Source: Halobacteriovoraceae bacterium
GTDB taxonomy: Bacteria; Bdellovibrionota; Bacteriovoracia; Bacteriovoracales; Bacteriovoracaceae
Direction: 5' to 3'
Length of the DNA: 64,000 nt
NCBI GenBank assembly: GCA_963719505.1
Contig: CAVRCF010000005.1
Span: 832,001-896,000, forward strand
Part shown: piece by piece, positions 40,321 to 51,361 of the stretch
Layout: each line of letters starts with the position of its first letter
Numbering within the stretch: the first letter of the stretch is position 1
Notes under the pieces: model-generated
Database searches by the model: none
The model's input: only the letters and a program-made list of their open reading frames with translations
What the model was told of the DNA's origin: nothing
Position numbers and translations under genes: made by a program

Positions 40321-43300
40321 ACCGTTTCCAATTCACTCTTGTCTGCAAAGCGATTAAGAAAAGGAAGCTTCGCTAAGAATGCGTTATAATCTTCCAGTAT
40401 AGCATAGGCACACGGTACCCACACCAGAGTCAAAATCGTCCCACTAGTAAGTCCCCACGCCATAGCGAGCGTCATTGGAACGAGCATTGAATCACTTCCT
40501 CCAATACCATACGCAGTAGGCAGAAGACCTGAAATGGTGGTTAAACTAGTAACAAGAACAGCTCGAAGTCTCATTCCGGAAGCCTTAACTAAGATGTCCT
40601 TTAGCTCCAGTTTTCCCTCTTTTTTCAATTCATCGATAAAAGAGATAAGAACGATTCCAGAGTTAACAATAATTCCAGCAAGTCCAATGACACCAATCAT
40701 GGCAAGAAAGGAGATCGCTTTATCATGAAAAAAGAAAGCAATTGAGAAACCTATCAATCCAAGTGGAATCGTCGACATGATAATCATTGGTCGAAGGTAA
40801 GACTTAAACAAGAAAACAAGAAGTCCGAAGATCCCCATTAAAGCTAAAATGAGAGCCTGGCCTAAACTTTCCATTGATTCTTTCGTGCTTTCAGATTCAC
40901 CACCAAAAACAAGAGAAACATCATTATATTTAGGTAGAAGTTCATCGTATATTTTCTGCAACCTAGCATTCGCATCAACTGAAGTCATAGCGCCTTTAAC
41001 TTTACCTGTTAAAGTTTTAGACTTCTTATAGTCAAATCTTTTAATCTCTACTGAACCATCAGTAATTTTCGTTTGTGCAAGAGTTTTAACAGGAACAAGA
41101 TTTCCCTGAGAGTCCATAACATTAATATTATCAAGGTTCTTAACAGACTTTCGAATATTATCTGAGTAGCGGACGTTTAAGTCGACCTCTTTATCCTTGA
41201 GAATGACCTTAGAAACCATCGTTCCAGAAAGAGCAGTTCTAATGGCATTTCCAATTGAATTCACACTCAGGCCAAGCTGATCAGTTTTATCGTAATCGAT
41301 AAGAACTTTTATCTCCTCTTCTCCTAAAATATCATTTGTTTCAAGGTCGTAAATCCCGTCAACCTTTGACATCTGTGCGATAATCTCATTAACCATTGCA
41401 TCTAAATTCTCATCATTATTAGATCTGAAAGTTGCATTAATGGCAGCCCCTACAGGAGGACCGTTGACAAGTTCCTCAAATTTAAGTTTCGTCGCAACAT
41501 CACTTTCTACCTTCTGCATCTTGGCGACAAAGTCTTTGTAAAAAACATTGTATTTAGCATAATTTGAAGCATAAGCGATAATCAGCCCATGGTTTTCACC
41601 AGTTGCACCTTGCTGATCATTAGGTCCCATCGAAGATGTTCCCGACCGCGCTGTCACCCACTTAGACCAATCTCCAAGTTCTTTTTTCAATTCAATAGAG
41701 ATTCGATCAAGCTCTTTAATAGTCTCATCTGCTGTAGTCCCTCTAGGCATCTCTACCCTACCAATATAAACCTCTGTTTGTTCTGGTGGGAAAAGCATAA
41801 ATTTATTTCCAACAACCATCAAAGCGAGGGCACCAAAAATTGAGATGAAGAAAAAGGCTGAAACGATATATCGTCTTCTTACGCAAATATCCATAAAGAC
41901 TTCAAATTTATCGATAAACTTTTGAAACCAATCGACTTTCTTCTCTGCTTTTTCTTCGCCTTTTTTCTTATCTCCCCCAACAAATCTTAATCTCATGGGA
42001 AGGAGAAAAAATCCTTCCGTTAAACTTACAACTAAAGAGATAGTCACAACAACAGGAATGAAACGAATGAACTGTCCCATGATCCCTTTTGTGACAAGCA
42101 TTGGTAAGAAGGCTGCAATTGTGGTGAAAGCTGTAGCTGTAATTGGCAACCATAATTGTTCAGCAGATTTTTTAGCTGCTTCATATGAGTCCAATCCTTC
42201 ATCATCCTTTAACCTCGCAAAGTTTTCAGAGATAACTACAGCATTATCGACCATCATACCAAGTGCTATAACCAAAGCCAAAATAGTGATCGCATCTAGA
42301 TTCATTCCAAAGACAGGCATAAATCCAATCGTCGCCATTACAGCTAAAGGAAGTGACAATGAAGCCATTAATCCAACCTTTCCAGGTAAGAACAAGAACA
42401 GAAAAACGACAACGAGAACCAATCCGCTGATCGCATTGGATTGAAGAATATCTAGCTTATTTTTTACTTTCTCCGCTTCGTTATTATAAATATTTATTTC
42501 AAAATCTTTTCCATACTGCTTTTCAAATTTTTTGATGATCATATTCACATCATCAACAAGTTTTAGAGTATCCGCTCCAGCTTTTTTATTAACAACAAGA
42601 AAGGTTGCATCCTTACCATTATAAGAGGCACGAAACTTTGCATCCTCTTCTCCATCTTCTACTGTGGCGATATCACTCAATAAAACCTTCTGACCGTTAA
42701 AATTGGATCTTACGGTTATATTGTTTAAATCTTTTACCGTCTTAATTTTTCCTTCAACTCTAACCAAAGACTTGATACCATTTTTTTCTAAATTTCCTCC
42801 TGGGATATCGACGTTTCTCATGCGTATCTTACTGGTAACTTCTTCGAGACCAATATGGAGGGCGTTCATCTTGTCTTCATCCAGACGAATATTAAACTGT
42901 CGCTTTAAGAAACCTACGGGTCTAACATTTAAGATTCTCTTGTTGTCTTCCAGTTCTTCTTTTAAAAGATCAACCATCAAGTCACGTTTTCTGTCTGTGT
43001 TATCTCCAACAATTGCAAGTTCGATCGCCGGAAATTCCTCCGAGTTAACTTCTTTATAAGTTGGCTCTTCTCTAAGGTCTGCGGGAAGATCATTAACACT
43101 ATTGACAGCTTTTTCCAGGTCATCAAGTACTGCATCTTCATCTTCATTATCCATATCGACTCTGACAAAAATGGAAGAAAACCCTGACTTTGATGTACTT
43201 CTAACATCTTTTAAGCCTGACACTTCTCGAATCTTGTCCTCAATAGGCTTAGTGATAAGAGTTTCGACATCCTTTGCAGTTGCACCTTCATAACGAGTTT

Positions 43301-43445
43301 CAATGGTGGCCATAGCAAAGTTGACGGCGGGGTACGACTCTGAGTTTAGCTTTAAGCCCCCCATGATTCCAAAAACAACAAGCATGATTGATAAAATAAT
43401 CGTTAGTTTGTAGTTGTCTAAAAAGAATTTAATTAGATTATTCAT
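40317..43445 (-). CDS. RND efflux permease (AcrB/AcrD/AcrF family)
   Basis: 1042 aa; GMMVDNAVVISEN, RLRAVLVTSLTT. Confidence 0.93.
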   Translation of the reverse strand: MNNLIKFFLDNYKLTIILSIMLVVFGIMGGLKLNSESYPAVNFAMATIETRYEGATAKDVETLITKPIEDKIREVSGLKDVRSTSKSGFSSIFVRVDMDNEDEDAVLDDLEKAVNSVNDLPADLREEPTYKEVNSEEFPAIELAIVGDNTDRKRDLMVDLLKEELEDNKRILNVRPVGFLKRQFNIRLDEDKMNALHIGLEEVTSKIRMRNVDIPGGNLEKNGIKSLVRVEGKIKTVKDLNNITVRSNFNGQKVLLSDIATVEDGEEDAKFRASYNGKDATFLVVNKKAGADTLKLVDDVNMIIKKFEKQYGKDFEINIYNNEAEKVKNKLDILQSNAISGLVLVVVFLFLFLPGKVGLMASLSLPLAVMATIGFMPVFGMNLDAITILALVIALGMMVDNAVVISENFARLKDDEGLDSYEAAKKSAEQLWLPITATAFTTIAAFLPMLVTKGIMGQFIRFIPVVVTISLVVSLTEGFFLLPMRLRFVGGDKKKGEEKAEKKVDWFQKFIDKFEVFMDICVRRRYIVSAFFFISIFGALALMVVGNKFMLFPPEQTEVYIGRVEMPRGTTADETIKELDRISIELKKELGDWSKWVTARSGTSSMGPNDQQGATGENHGLIIAYASNYAKYNVFYKDFVAKMQKVESDVATKLKFEELVNGPPVGAAINATFRSNNDENLDAMVNEIIAQMSKVDGIYDLETNDILGEEEIKVLIDYDKTDQLGLSVNSIGNAIRTALSGTMVSKVILKDKEVDLNVRYSDNIRKSVKNLDNINVMDSQGNLVPVKTLAQTKITDGSVEIKRFDYKKSKTLTGKVKGAMTSVDANARLQKIYDELLPKYNDVSLVFGGESESTKESMESLGQALILALMGIFGLLVFLFKSYLRPMIIMSTIPLGLIGFSIAFFFHDKAISFLAMIGVIGLAGIIVNSGIVLISFIDELKKEGKLELKDILVKASGMRLRAVLVTSLTTISGLLPTAYGIGGSDSMLVPMTLAMAWGLTSGTILTLVWVPCAYAILEDYNAFLAKLPFLNRFADKSELETV

Positions 43446-43459
43446 TTATATCCTTAAAT

Positions 43460-44935
43460 TTAAAGTTTGTTAAAGTTGCAAGGTGTATCAGAGAACACCA
43501 CAAAGTAATCTAAAAGAGTATTCAATATCGCCAGCTGAGTATCAACGATTGCGATATCCGAATCAAGAAGTGCATCTTGATCTTGAACAAGTTGAAATGC
43601 AGGGATTCTCGCCTGATTAAACTTTTTTTCCATCTCTTTCAATCTCACCTTTAGAGAGTTTGAGTTGGAACGTTGAGCATCGATAATTTCAGTTAAGTAC
43701 TCAACTGATTTCGAAATCTCTGTATGTGTCGTAAGAAGACTATTATCCATCGATTTGATATTTGCCTTAAGTCTTTTTTCATTATATTTTTTCGTCACTT
43801 CTTCAGTATCAGAAAACTTCTTTCCTATTGGAATCGTTAACATAAGTCCTGCTGAGAAACCATCTTCAAGATTATTTAAAGACTCGTTATAACTTCCCTC
43901 GAAAGCATTAGAACCAGGTGTAACTTGCTCACTACCTACTCCGGTTTGTTTAAACTCCGTAGAAAGTTTAAGATCAATATTGTCGTAAGATGAATCAATA
44001 ACTTCTGTATTGGTCTGAACTGTTTTTAATAAAGAGACAAGCTCGTCATACTTTGTATATTCGTAGGGAACTTGCTTTTGGGTCTTGATTAAAGTGGTAC
44101 AAGATAAGACATCGAGAATCGTTCTATCAACATTGACGTTCTTTACTTTGAGTTCATTGGCTGCAATTTCAGGAAGAAAGTTTCTAAGCTGTTTAAGGAG
44201 TGATTCTCTCTCGTACTTCACAAGAAGAATACTACCTTGGCGACTCGAAGCCTGTGATTCGTATCTTGCCACTTCAGAAGCATCTGCGATAGAATTTTTT
44301 TGCCTCTGCTTTGAGTCCTTTAATTGTTTTTGAGCGAGTTTATATTGTTTTTCAGCTATCTCTAATTTTTGATTATTTGCGATCAAAGCCCAATAAATTT
44401 TTCTCAGTGTAATTCTAAAAACTTTTTGGTTGATTTCAGATTCGAGTTCACTTTGTTTTGCCAACATTTCCAAGTTATCAAGTTTTCTTCTCGTGACTCT
44501 TCCAAAAGCATCTTTCCAAAGATCGAGATTAACTTTTAAAGAATAAGTTGTTGTATGGAGACTGTCATAGCTGTTTCGAGAAGAAGACCTATTGTCTACC
44601 GATGCCGAAAGATCTGCTTGTAATCCGTACTTGAAGTTTTTCTTTAAACCCGCCTGGTATTGATGAACGGGAGAAAAGACCGGGATAAAGGTAATAAGAC
44701 CTTGCTCCTGTGTTTCGGCATAATTGTAGCCTGCATATCCCTCAACACCAAACATGTCTTTTGCCTTCATCTGTTCAGCCTTGGCTTGTAAGAGGTTGGC
44801 CTCTATTTTATCGAGTTCCGGCACAGAAGAGTTCTTAGAGAGGTTTAAAATTGACTCTTCAGTAAGAGTGAGAATAGGTGCGGCAAAAAGGCTTTGGGCC
44901 ATCACGAACATAAGGATTGCGAGGGATGAATTCAT
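43460..44935 (-). CDS. TolC family outer-membrane efflux protein
   Basis: Signal peptide, TolC-type helical/beta repeat, directly upstream of the RND pump. Confidence 0.8.
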   Translation of the reverse strand: MNSSLAILMFVMAQSLFAAPILTLTEESILNLSKNSSVPELDKIEANLLQAKAEQMKAKDMFGVEGYAGYNYAETQEQGLITFIPVFSPVHQYQAGLKKNFKYGLQADLSASVDNRSSSRNSYDSLHTTTYSLKVNLDLWKDAFGRVTRRKLDNLEMLAKQSELESEINQKVFRITLRKIYWALIANNQKLEIAEKQYKLAQKQLKDSKQRQKNSIADASEVARYESQASSRQGSILLVKYERESLLKQLRNFLPEIAANELKVKNVNVDRTILDVLSCTTLIKTQKQVPYEYTKYDELVSLLKTVQTNTEVIDSSYDNIDLKLSTEFKQTGVGSEQVTPGSNAFEGSYNESLNNLEDGFSAGLMLTIPIGKKFSDTEEVTKKYNEKRLKANIKSMDNSLLTTHTEISKSVEYLTEIIDAQRSNSNSLKVRLKEMEKKFNQARIPAFQLVQDQDALLDSDIAIVDTQLAILNTLLDYFVVFSDTPCNFNKL

Positions 44936-44954
44936 TAAATCTCCAAAAATAAAT

Positions 44955-45011
44955 TAAAACGGTTGTTTGAAATCTAACATACTTCGACAATTTATTCAAA
45001 CAAATGTTTGA
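44955..45011. promoter_or_regulatory. Two putative TetR operators upstream of tolC
   Basis: TCAAACA-AA-TGTTTGA (44996..45011, perfect palindrome) and TAAAACGGTTGTTTGA (44955..44970). Confidence 0.7.
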
Positions 45012-45992
45012 TTAAATTTTATTAAGAGATTTTTTACAGGTTTTGATGAGTTCTGAGACTAAGTCTCTAGAATTACTTACTTTTATTGGAAAGTTCTTTT
45101 CTTGCTCCTGTTTAAAAAAGTCAATTCGCTCCGAGGTCAAAGGGTGTGTACTTATAAATGAAAAGTATTTATTCTCTGCTCTATCTTCAGAAATCTTTTT
45201 CATGGCGTTGATATTATTCGACAGGCTTATTTTACTTTGTTTCATGAGTTCTACAGAGCGCTGGTCAGACTCTCTTTCCGCATCTCTTGAGTGTTTGGTG
45301 CTCGTGAATCCCCCTAAATATTTAAACAGTGAGCTCGACAATCCTACTCCCAGTAGATCAAGAAAAAGAGATCTGAGAACTGCCGGTTTATAGTGTTTAA
45401 AATGCAAGTGTCCAATCTCATGTCCTAAGATCGCAAAAAATTCTTCATCATTTAAGACTTCTAGCAACTCTCGAGTAAAAATTATTTTTTGTGTTGGGAA
45501 AGCAAAGGCATTTTTTAATTCAATATCTAAAAGATAAAGCTGATAGCTTTCTTTGATATTTAAAGTTTCAAGTATCTCGTGATTGAGACCATCGTTAACT
45601 TTACAATATGAGTCTCCAAAGTTTTCTAAAAAGTTATTAGACTCAATTATACGGTTGAAGTATTTGTCTGGAATAGAATTTGCAATTTCATCGGTAAAAG
45701 AGAATACAGTCAAAAAACATATAACTAAAGAGAATAGCGCTGTAAGAGAAACGAACACCAGAGTCTTATTTCTTCTCGATAATCTTTTATAGATCTCATC
45801 GAAGTAAAGATCGGTACTTAAGATTCGCAAAGTAAAACTATTGTAATGGAAAGCCACTTCTTCTTTCGATAAGTATGTTATCGTAATCTTATCAAGGGGA
45901 AATTCTATCTCGTCAGCAAAAATTGAATGGAAGAGCAACTTGATGCTTACCTGCTCCTTTTCATTAGTCTGTCCCTTAAAAAGAATGGCCAC
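45012..45992 (-). CDS. M48 family metallopeptidase
   Basis: NAFAFP, AILGHEIGH, SRDAERESD, STHP...RI. Confidence 0.88.
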   Translation of the reverse strand: MAILFKGQTNEKEQVSIKLLFHSIFADEIEFPLDKITITYLSKEEVAFHYNSFTLRILSTDLYFDEIYKRLSRRNKTLVFVSLTALFSLVICFLTVFSFTDEIANSIPDKYFNRIIESNNFLENFGDSYCKVNDGLNHEILETLNIKESYQLYLLDIELKNAFAFPTQKIIFTRELLEVLNDEEFFAILGHEIGHLHFKHYKPAVLRSLFLDLLGVGLSSSLFKYLGGFTSTKHSRDAERESDQRSVELMKQSKISLSNNINAMKKISEDRAENKYFSFISTHPLTSERIDFFKQEQEKNFPIKVSNSRDLVSELIKTCKKSLNKI

Positions 45993-47059
45993 TAGAAAGC
46001 GTCAAACATATCTAGTGAAAAGTTATCTGCAAAGACATCATCAAAAGAGCTAGAAGCTTGGCTTTCATTTGAATCGAGAGAAGACTGTGTCACTAATTGG
46101 TCCGCACCTATCACGGTTATTGTATTTGCATAAAGCTTAATATTATTTGCCAGTGCCAACGGGAATCCAATTCCAAAGGTGCAAATTATAATCAACGCAT
46201 TAATGATGTGATATTTAACAGCTCTTCTCACCGTTATGCTTGTTGAAAAGCTAATATTTTCTGATGAAAGACATTCAACCTTCTTTCTAAAAAGATTCAC
46301 AAAAAGGGAACTGACAAAAAACATATAAATAACCGCAGCAATGATTGAGAGACAACTCCATAGAGCAATCGCACCGGGAGTTAAGTTTGCAGCGGTTTTT
46401 GATATATTTACCTGGGCTAAAGTAAAAGCTGAAAAGAACGCAATAAAAAGGCCTAACAGAACTAAAGTATGCTTGGTGACGATACTAATGTAGTCCGAAA
46501 ACACCATTGTAAACTTAAACTTCTCGCTTCCATATCGTAGGGAGTTATATTTTATAACATCTGTTTTAAAGAGAAAGTAAGGAAATGCTATTCCGAAAGT
46601 GACGAAGGTAATAATCCCCCACTTTAGACACATAAGGTATAGCCTCTTCAATGAATCTAGTTGAGTTGAAAACCTTATCCCATTGTAGAGAGTACGATTA
46701 ACTTGATAGCGAAAAGAGCCTAGTTTTGCCTTATAGAAAATCGTTGAAAAAATGAGTGATCCCAAAATCGCTCCCACGGCAATAATCATGATATTTTTTG
46801 GAAAAATATAGGGAAAACCATATTGAGTAATCGTTGAAAAGAGTAAAATCATGGAGAGGATGATATAGCCGAAGATAAGCTCTTTGACTTGTCCTAAATA
46901 GTAAAATCGCTCACCATTCAGACTTGTTCTGGCCCAGATCTCTTGCCTGATTGCTGTCATCCCCCATGGTAGGTAAAGTCCAAAAGTGATGACGATAAAA
47001 AAACAATTGAGAAACATTTTAGGATAGAAGCCATCCCCATCTTTGAATTCAACTTTCAT
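45992..47059 (-). CDS. YjgN/DUF898 family membrane protein
   Basis: ITFGLYLPW repeats; typical pairing with an M48 peptidase. Confidence 0.85.
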   Translation of the reverse strand: MKVEFKDGDGFYPKMFLNCFFIVITFGLYLPWGMTAIRQEIWARTSLNGERFYYLGQVKELIFGYIILSMILLFSTITQYGFPYIFPKNIMIIAVGAILGSLIFSTIFYKAKLGSFRYQVNRTLYNGIRFSTQLDSLKRLYLMCLKWGIITFVTFGIAFPYFLFKTDVIKYNSLRYGSEKFKFTMVFSDYISIVTKHTLVLLGLFIAFFSAFTLAQVNISKTAANLTPGAIALWSCLSIIAAVIYMFFVSSLFVNLFRKKVECLSSENISFSTSITVRRAVKYHIINALIIICTFGIGFPLALANNIKLYANTITVIGADQLVTQSSLDSNESQASSSFDDVFADNFSLDMFDAF

Positions 47060-47066
47060 TTTGTCC

Positions 47067-48086
47067 TTAGTATAGATTTTGAATAACTTTGATAATATCC
47101 AGACCTTGATCTTTTAAAGAATTAATAGATCTATTTTCTGGATTTTTCTTTTTGATATTTCTAATTGACTCGTGGGTCAGCGCATTTTTTTTATAATGAT
47201 CAATGAGAACAATTCTGGCCATCGCCTTATCCCCATTAGATTTTTGAAAGTTTCCATTTTGCCATTTATCATAGATTTTAAGTTCATCAATAAACTGCTG
47301 CTGATGTTGATAAAAAGCTCTATCAACATAGTTTCTTTTTACTCTGTAAATGAAATCCTCTGTAAAAGATCCGTGCATATCTAATGCGACAAAAATATCG
47401 TCTTTAACCACTTTCATTTTTTCTTTTAAATCACGGTGAATAACTTTTATCTCATCATAACTTCTGAAAAGTCCTTTGTGCCAGCTTCTATTAAGGTCTC
47501 TATTATTTGCATTGTAACGAGAATGGGCTTCAGCTCCATCAGGATTAATCATGGGATAGAGAAGAAGTTGATATTCATTTCTAAACGCTTCGTTTTTTAT
47601 GTACTCGTTAAAGAAGCCTTCAATGATCCAGTTTGCAGTTCCCTCGTCCCCGTGATGTCTACCAAACATAAGAATTGTCTTTTTCTTTTGCAATGAAACG
47701 GGTGCAACGGAGAAAAGGTCTCTTCCTTTGATACTCTTTCCTATGATTGAAATCTGCAGACCTGCTTTTTCTAACGCCCCTTGGTTTTGGGCCAGGTACT
47801 TTTGCATACGGGCATAGGTATAGTATTCAAGGTATTTTTTATTATACTCTTCATGAGAGTTATTAGATTTTAGCTTCTTATCAAATATTTGGATTTCATA
47901 AGTTTTATTTTGCTCAATTTTTACACGAGAGATTGGTTGATAAATGCCATCTCCCACCAAGACAAAGATTTCGTGACCACTCTTCAAAGACTTTAAGGCA
48001 TGACCTTTGAGACTTTTCTCGTGGACGCATTCACTTTGAGCGCCTAGTGATAAGCTGAGAAGGATGATAATAACTATATTTTTCAT
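47067..48086 (-). CDS. M14 zinc carboxypeptidase
   Basis: GRHHGDE, INPDG, RYNANNRDLNRSW, LDMHG. Confidence 0.88.
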   Translation of the reverse strand: MKNIVIIILLSLSLGAQSECVHEKSLKGHALKSLKSGHEIFVLVGDGIYQPISRVKIEQNKTYEIQIFDKKLKSNNSHEEYNKKYLEYYTYARMQKYLAQNQGALEKAGLQISIIGKSIKGRDLFSVAPVSLQKKKTILMFGRHHGDEGTANWIIEGFFNEYIKNEAFRNEYQLLLYPMINPDGAEAHSRYNANNRDLNRSWHKGLFRSYDEIKVIHRDLKEKMKVVKDDIFVALDMHGSFTEDFIYRVKRNYVDRAFYQHQQQFIDELKIYDKWQNGNFQKSNGDKAMARIVLIDHYKKNALTHESIRNIKKKNPENRSINSLKDQGLDIIKVIQNLY

Positions 48087-48185
48087 CTTTAAAAGATAGC
48101 AAAGCTGTCAATATGGGTCAACGAAAGGGCATGAAATCATTAGATTTTACACGTTCAAAAGCCATTTTGCTGCTAAAATTGGAAT

Positions 48186-48219
48186 AAAAAAGGGAGACAA
48201 CCGCCTCCCTTCTTTTTTT
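48186..48219 (-). terminator. Terminator after hppA
   Basis: AAGGGAG...CTCCCTT hairpin with A/T tracts on both sides. Confidence 0.7.
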
Positions 48220-48236
48220 AAAAATATAAACTCTAA

Positions 48237-50492
48237 TTACTTTACAAGTTCTTTAACCAAAGTGACCTTTTTAGTAGGTGCCTCAATTACTTTTTCAATT
48301 TTCTTTGGAGCATTAAGACCGTGATTATGTCCTGAATGATCGTCCATCATATCGTGACCCATTCCACCTTTAACAGCAATATGAGGAGCGATAATGAGTG
48401 AAACAATCGACGTAAGCTTAATTAGAATATTCATTGAAGGTCCTGAAGTATCTTTAAATGGATCACCAACAGTATCACCAGTAACAGATGCTTTGTGAGC
48501 TTCACTACCTTTGTATTCCATTTTACCGTTAATCATAACACCTTTTTCAAATGACTTCTTAGCATTATCCCAAGCACCACCGGCGTTGTTTTGGAAGATT
48601 CCCATAAGAACACCAGAAACAGTTATCACCTGCAAGTAGTTCCACCAAGAACTTCTGGACCAAAAGAAAAACCAACAATGATTGGAGTTAAAAGAGCAAT
48701 TGCTCCTGGAAGCATCATCTCTCTGATAGAAGCTTCAGTTGAGATCGCAACACATTTGTCGTATTCAGGCTTAGCTTTATATTCCATGATTCCTGGAATT
48801 TCTTTAAACTGACGTCTAACTTCTTTAACCATTTCCATTGCAGCACGACCAACAGCCGCGATACAAAGAGAAGAGAAAATAAAAGGAATCATACCACCAA
48901 CAAATAGACCCTGCAAGAACATCTGCTTTATAAATATCGATTGAATCAATTCCAGCAAGACCAACAAATGCTGCAAATAGTGCAAGTGCTGTTAATGCAG
49001 CAGAAGCAATAGCAAAACCTTTACCAGTCGCTGCAGTTGTATTTCCAACAGCATCTAAAATATCTGTTCTTCCACTAACTTCTTCTGGAAGACCACTCAT
49101 CTCAGCAATACCACCAGCATTATCTGCGATTGGACCGAAAGCATCGATAGCAAGTTGCATAGCTGTTGTCGCCATCATCCCACTTGCTGCAATTGCAACA
49201 CCGTAAAGACCAGCAAAATGGTGAGATAAATAAATCCCAGCAGCTAAAATGATGATTGGAAGAACAGTTGATTCCATCCCTACAGATAAGACCACCGATA
49301 ATATTTGTTGCGTGACCTGTATCAGATTGTTGAACAATCTGAATTTACAGGCTTTTTACCCATCGCTGTATAATATTCAGTTACGATACTCATAAGAGCT
49401 CCAACAATTGAACCAACGATGATTGCATAAAAGACATCCATATTTGTAAATGCATACACCTCTAAGCTCTAAAGCTTCTGGAAGCATCCAATGAACAATG
49501 AAAGAAAGAAGCAACAACAGTTAAAATAACTGAAACCCAGTTACCTCTGTTAAGAGCTTTTTGAACGTCACCGTTTTCATCTTTAATTTTAACTAGGGCA
49601 CAACCGATGATTGAGAAAATAATTCCAAGTCCTGCAATTACCATTGGTAAGAAGGATTGGAGATAGACCATCAAAATTATCAACGACCGCAATTTCACGA
49701 CCTAAAACCATTGTTGCTAAAATTGTTGCAACATAAGATCCAAATAGATCAGCTCCCATACCAGCAACATCACCAACGTTGTCACCAACGTTATCTGCAA
49801 TCGTTGCAGGGTTTCTAATATCATCTTCAGGAATTCCAGCTTCAACTTTACCAACAAGATCTGCACCAACGTCAGCAGCTTTTGTATAAATACCACCACC
49901 AACTCTTGCAAATAATGCAATTGATTCAGCACCCAAAGAGAAACCAGCAAGAACTTCAATTGCTTTTTCCATTGCAAGACCATTAGCTGATCCACCAGTT
50001 TGAACGACATACATATTATAGAAAACGATGAAAAGTGAACCAATACCTAAAACTGCAAGACCTGCAACTCCAAGACCCATTACCGTTCCACCTGTGAAAG
50101 CAACTTTTAAGTGCGTGCTTTAAACTTGTTCTAGCCGCTTGAGTCGTTCTAACATTTGATTTCGTAGCGATTTTCATTCCTAAATATCCAGCAAATGCTG
50201 AAAGAAATGCACCGATAATGAAAGAAATTGCAATAACCCAGCTACTTGTTTCAACTAATGTTCCAGACCAACCCAAAAGAATTGCTCCAAAAAATGTAAA
50301 GTAACCAAGTACTTTCCATTCTGCTTTTAAGAAAGCCATTGCTCCAGTTGCGATGTGATTCGCAAGCTCGATCATGTTTTCATCACCTTGATCTTGTCCA
50401 ACTACCCATGATTGTTTTACGGCCATAACAATTAAAGCCAAAACACCAAGAGCGGGAACGAGATAGATTACATAAGATTCCATCAATACCAC
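48237..50492 (-). CDS. hppA: Membrane-integral ion-pumping pyrophosphatase, split by several single-base insertions (probable artefact)
   Basis: [59 protein letters not shown] and [14 protein letters not shown] across six ORFs. Confidence 0.92.
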
Positions 50493-50606
50493 CTGTTTGT
50501 TTGATTGTGTGTGTTATAAAATAACTTTTAATTTAAAAACTGTGTAATAGACTCAAGATATTAACGAGTTGTGATTTTAATGTAAAGAGAAATGACTGGC
50601 ATGACG

Positions 50607-51323
50607 CTACTGGTCTTCAAAATAGATATTGATTTCTTTTGCAGCATTATAAGCGCTTTTCGATACTGAAGAGTATGATTTAATCAGGCGATTTTTATAA
50701 AAAATTTTAATTTCGTAGTTTTTATTTTGAGTGTTGATAAGGTCGTATGTCCTAAGAATTCCAGTTCTGGTAGCATCAATAAGGTACTGCTGAGCTGATT
50801 TAACAGACAGGGAAACGAGAACTTCATTAAGGTTCAGACCATCAATTGTGTCATCAAGAGTAGATTCTTCATAAGGAGTAAGAGGAACCAGAACTCCTCT
50901 CTCTAATAAATGGCCCGTAAAAATTCCTTTTGTTTTTAAATGAAGATTTATTTGCGAGACATTTTTTGAATCGATAACACTGGATATTAAAGAGGCTGAT
51001 GCTCTTCCTAGACAGTTTGTAAGATACCCACCAATAGCAGAGACGCTTATTTTCTCTTCGTGGAATTCGGGAGTGAATCGTCCGGCAACAGAGTAGATTT
51101 CAGTCTGATTGATACCTCTTAAAATATACCATTTAGAATTAGTTCTTGGATCTTTTTGAAAAAGTAAGACTGAGTTCATTTGTTTCACCAGCTCATTGGA
51201 ATAGTTTATGGTCTGACTATTTGAATGGTAATAAGTTGTGGGATGAACAACGATAAGATCATTGTTATTAATAGCAACGGCAAAAGAACTTAATGAAAGT
51301 AAAAATAAGTATATATATTTCAT
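50607..51323 (-). CDS. Secreted hypothetical protein
   Basis: Likely start MKYIYLFLLSLSSFA (51323), a signal peptide. Confidence 0.65.
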   Translation of the reverse strand: MKYIYLFLLSLSSFAVAINNNDLIVVHPTTYYHSNSQTINYSNELVKQMNSVLLFQKDPRTNSKWYILRGINQTEIYSVAGRFTPEFHEEKISVSAIGGYLTNCLGRASASLISSVIDSKNVSQINLHLKTKGIFTGHLLERGVLVPLTPYEESTLDDTIDGLNLNEVLVSLSVKSAQQYLIDATRTGILRTYDLINTQNKNYEIKIFYKNRLIKSYSSVSKSAYNAAKEINIYFEDQ

Positions 51324-51361
51324 AAAAAATCCCCTCTCTATTACAGAGAGGAGCAACTTAT

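Noticed and set aside
41995..43293. Short antisense ORFs within the RND gene (similarly 165..605, 54772..55221, 60289..60474)
   Set aside because: They overlap well-supported opposite-strand genes and show no recognisable motifs.
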